The translations under genes and the position numbers were made by a program. Positions 35,141 to 39,655 of a stretch of 39,655 nt of DNA are shown piece by piece. This DNA is from Octopus bimaculoides (lineage: Eukaryota): positions 27,489,600-27,529,254 of the forward strand of contig NC_068994.1 of NCBI RefSeq assembly GCF_001194135.2. The letters run 5' to 3'. How positions within the stretch are numbered: position 1 is the first letter of the stretch; the number at the start of each line of letters is the position of its first letter. Under the pieces are notes generated by a model. That model did not search any database, was not told the origin of the DNA, and worked only from the letters and a program-made list of their open reading frames with translations.

Positions 35141-37710
35141 ATTAGAACAGCTACTTTATATGTAAGCACAATGAAAAGTCAGTCTAGTGAGATTGCAAAG
35201 ATCGTATCTTGTATGTAAGAGGTATGATGGAAGGGATTTTTAACTAAACTTCTCACAGGTAGAAGACAGCAGTTCAAACTCTTTCGGGTAGGCAATAGTG
35301 ATGGCAGAAGCAGTGTAGGTATACTGAGAGATGAATAGGTAAGGTAATAAAGGTAGTCAAGGTGTATGATAGGATAATTAAGTTACAACTAATCATAAGA
35401 AACACAATAGCAACATTTATTATAGCATATGCCCCACAAGTGGGTCTATCAGGAGAACAGAAGGATCATTTCAAGAGACCCTTCTACAGACTACTTCAAC
35501 AATGAATAACAGTGATCTCATTATTGTAGCTGGTAACTTCAGTGGACTTGTTGGTTAACACATTAATAGTTTTTGCAGTGTATATGGCTAGTGACTTCTG
35601 TGTTAGATCTAGGTTGACACAGAAAAGAAAAACAGCATAGAGAAGAAAGTCTAGAAACTAAAAGTCTAGCTATCAAGAATTGGTTTTAACACATGCAAAT
35701 ATCAACATTCATGTGTGAAGTAGATTTAGAAACATGTAGCATAGATGACAATTGGGAATTGTTACAAAATAACCTTTTAGGATTACAAATGTGACATGGT
35801 TGGAGCAAAATCCCAGCCAAGCCAAAAATAACATGGTGGTGAAATGATAAGGCTAATAGAACACTCAAGGCTTAGACTGGAAAGATGATGGTAGTTGAGA
35901 GTACTATATAATGACTAGAAGAGTATCTTGGTGTCAGATGTACTTGGCTAAAAATGTGGTAGAAAGGAAGAGATTTGCATACGTCCTACAAAATGAATAT
36001 CAGAGGCAGGAAGTGTTTAGGTTTGTGAGACAATATGTGAAATAAAATGGTGAGAAGTATGTTCAGAATGATGAAAACAAACTTTCCACTGATATGGAGC
36101 AAGTGAAATTGGTGTGGAAGTGCTATTATGAAAGGCTGCTGAACATGGAGAACTCATGGAATATGGGATAAACAGGGACAGCAATGGGGTAGATAAAGTA
36201 ATCAAGAATATGAAGCGGGGAGAAGCTGCAGGCCCATCAAGGATAGTTGCAGAGATGCTTAAAATATCTGGGGAAACAGGTTACAAGATTATCACACAAA
36301 TTGTTAATAAAGTCATCTAGGAGGGTGTTGTACCCAATAACTCACATAGTAGTATCACTGTGAACTGCTACAAGAGTAAAGGTGAGATCTTAGAGAGAAA
36401 CAACTATAGAGGAATCAAACTCTTAGACCACTTTATGAAGTTCATGGAAAAAGTTATAGCCCAGTTGATCCATGATAAAGTGCAACTGTATGCAATGCAG
36501 TTTGGCTTTCTTCCTGGAAGAGGCACTACAGATGCAATTTTCCTAGTTAGGCAACTGCAAGAGAATTTTCTGATTAATAATAAACTTCTATACTCGGCTT
36601 TCATTGATGTGGAGAATGCATTTGACAAGGTGCCATGTTCAGTAATTTGATAGACTCTGAGGAAACTAGGTGAAGATGAATGGCTTGTGCATGGAGTTCA
36701 AGCTTTGTACAAGGATGTTGTAAGTAAAGTGAGAGTTGGCAATGATTTCAGTGATGAGTTTAGTGTGGATTTAGGAGTCCATCAAGGTTCAGTCCTCAGT
36801 CTACTCCTATTCATCATAGTCCTACAAGCCATCACTGAAGAGTTTAAAATTGGCTGTCCATGGGTAATCCTTTATGCTAATAATTTAGTTCTCATAGCTG
36901 AATTTATAGTAGAATTAGAGAAGAAATTCCAGGCATGGAAGCTAAACCTGGAATTGAGGGGCGATAAGTTTAACTTGGGAGTAAGAATTGGTTGGAGAAA
37001 GTTCAAGGAGCTACTACCATTGTTGATAACAAAGATTGTTTCCCTAAGAATGGGGGACAGATTGTATGATGTTTGTGTGAGAACTGAAATACTGCATAGT
37101 AGTAAGACATGGATTGTAAATGCAGAAGACTAAAGAAGACGTGAAAGAAATGAAGTGAACATGCTCCATTGGATGTGCAGTGAGAGTGTGTGTGAAAGAA
37201 TTAGTACAAAGGTGCTGAGAGAAAAACTGGGTATAAGAGGAATTAGATGTTGTTTGCAAGAGAAAAGACTGCACTGGTATGGACATGTAATATGTATGGA
37301 TGAGTACAGCGGTATAAAGAAGTGCCGTTCACTTAATGTGGAGCGAATCTGTGGGAAAGGTAGATCCAAGAAGACATGGGATAAGGTGGTGAAGCATGAT
37401 CTTTGAATGTTGAGCCTCACAGAGGCAATGGCAAGTGACCAACACCTTTGGCTATATGCTGTGCTTCAGAAGACTCATCAAGTCAAGTGAAATCATAGTT
37501 GTTGCTGATGCTGGTATGTAACTGGCACCTGTGCCAGTGGTACATAAAAGCACTTGTGCCGATGACACATAGAAGCACCCGTGTTGGTGGCACATAAAAG
37601 ACCATGCCAAATCAAACTGGAACTTGGTGCAATTCTCTGGCTTAGCAGTTCTAGTCAAACCATCTAACCCATACCAGCATGGAAAGCAGATGCAAAATTA
37701 TGATGATCAT
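35141..37710 (+). mobile_element. RTE LINE, APE + RT + 3'UTR, decayed with internal deletions
   Basis: APE IAYAPQVG..IIVAGNFSGLVG; RT NNYRGIKLL..MQFGFLPGRGTTDAIF..FIDVENAFDKVP, GVHQGSVLSLLLF, LYANNLVL (YADD mutated); RLHWYGHV; (GAT)n tail. Confidence 0.92.
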
Positions 37711-37715
37711 ATATA

Positions 37716-37756
<41 letters not shown>

Positions 37757-38243
37757 ATCTTTTATATATATATATATCAGAGAATGGTCAAAATTGTATG
37801 TGTGTATGTATGTATACATACACACACACACACATTTAATCTCAATACTTTATATCATTTAGAAATGTAAGCATGCATTTTCCATTTATTGGGTAAATGA
37901 AAAATATATTTTTCATTTATATTTTAAAAACAACACCATTAAATCCATATTGAGGTCATGCTAGAGGTTGTGTATATATTTAATAGTTTGTGGATGAGGT
38001 TCATTGGGTGATGAACCTTGACATCCACTAAAATCTTCTGATAGCTCCCCAAGGTAATGTGTATAACAGTAATATGGATTTAATGGTGTAGCTATTATAT
38101 ATATATATATATATGGACAGACACATAAACCTACCACGACAGTTTCTACATTAAACCACACTGTCCAAACGTATATCACTTCTCTTTATATTTCAGTCTG
38201 ATTCATGCTGGCTGATACAGACTACCATTCACCAATTCTAGGT

Positions 38244-38247
<4 letters not shown>

Positions 38248-38297
<50 letters not shown>
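38248..38297. repeat. (CA)n microsatellite
   Basis: Read directly. Confidence 0.98.
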
Positions 38298-38298
<1 letters not shown>

Positions 38299-39655
38299 CC
38301 TATGTAGTAGATATATAATCAAGGCAAATTTAACTATTTTTCCATATATTGAAAAAATTCTGAACAGTCTTGATTGATTTTCAAACTATTGCATATCATA
38401 GTTAATGTTCTTGTTCTTTAAATCTCATACGTATTTACTTAGATTAGTAAGAAGATGATTATATAACCTAAATTTGACATTTGTGGCATAGTAACCTATG
38501 TTGTAATTGTATATAAGATTTCCAGCTGTACATTGATGGATTAAATCCTTCTTTAAGCACTCATTTCCTAGAGGAATTTAAACCAGTTTCTACAATTAAG
38601 AAGACTTTTATTACCACTTATGTTGTAATTACAAAGATTGATATTAACACTGTTATTAGAACTAAGTAGTAAAACAGAGTTGTTAGCTGGGTTGTTATCA
38701 ATATTGCTAGGTGGTATGCTAGAAGTGCTATCAATTTCTCAGTTGGACTCATTGCACCTGGAGTGTGAAATACAAGCTGCCTCAAAATTACATTTATCTA
38801 CTAGAACCAATTTCATGATGAACTGTTCCCATGGGTATAGAAAAACCTTCAAACATTTCCCAAGTAAATATACTTTATTTATAGTAACTTCTCCTTTAAA
38901 TAAAGGGGCTACCTATGTAATTTCTAGTGTTTCTCATTGCTGACCTTCGTAGCTTTTTTCTTTTTTTTACCATATTGGTCTTTATATTCTATGATTGAAG
39001 TAGTAATTTGATAGGTTTTACTTGTATCTCTTTGATTTTTCTTTTCATCCTTGATTTTTTTCCCACTCCTTTGTGCCTAGATCTTAGCTTCCCTAATATT
39101 GTTTTTGAATTCATTGTTTTTATTATGAACATGTCTTGTTACTTCCCATGAGCTGCATCCAACTTACTTTCCTAAATCATTGTATTTCTAATTATATCTA
39201 ATTTATAAATTTAGGCCTATGGCACTTTATCTAGCATCAGTGATCTTTTGAATACACTTTTTGATGAACTAAAAAGCCAGCTACCTACCTCTACTTACTC
39301 ACCCTTTATGTTTGTATCTGTTTTTTTAGTCAAAGTCCATTGAGGTCATTTTAGTTTAAATACCAAACTTGACTTTTTTTTAACATATCATATTTCATCT
39401 CAGTTTTCTATCTTTCTACCTTCTCTCTCCTTGTATTTAATTAGTTACCTGTATTGGTGCTAAAATTTTGATTCTTGCTTCATTTCTAAGTAAGTGGATC
39501 ACCTTGAAAAAATTATGTTAGCATAAACTTTCAGATATATCTGATATCACAATCAATTTGATATGGAACAATTTGTATATTGTTGGCTTTTTGTGTTGTA
39601 TAAATCTGCATTAAAAATGTGTTTTTTTCAATCTACTTAATGTTGTTATATATAT

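Noticed and set aside
38638-38943. ORF containing SHGYRK, which mimics the expected exon F/G junction
   Set aside because: No AG precedes the tyrosine codon, the following residues lack the conserved cysteine, and the rest of the ORF has no similarity; treated as coincidence.

Overview
Eukaryotic, AT-rich, CpG-depleted, microsatellite-dense genomic DNA. It is most likely from an octopus or other coleoid cephalopod, inferred from the SINE/RTE/mariner repeat content and not database-checked. The only host gene is the middle of a + strand VPS10P-domain receptor of the SorCS type. Six small exons (1552-1734, 2114-2205, 6444-6551, 11039-11156, 15990-16126, 22413-22529) splice with matching phases and AG/GT ends into 251 uninterrupted codons covering the end of the beta-propeller (two Asp-boxes) and most of the 10CC module. 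I could not find the next exon (expected G-Y-R-K...) in the remaining 17 kb. Everything else is intron filled with decayed mobile elements: tRNA-derived SINE arrays, RTE LINEs, a Tx1/L1-group LINE, a Hero-like and four R4/Dong-like restriction-endonuclease LINE pieces, three mariner remnants and MITEs, with two clear nested insertions. Two long intronic hairpins, a 37-bp hairpin minisatellite and an inverted-SINE arrangement around exons 1-4 deserve follow-up. There are two N gaps. I found no evidence for a wholly new biological system; the most novel items are RNA-structure hypotheses.
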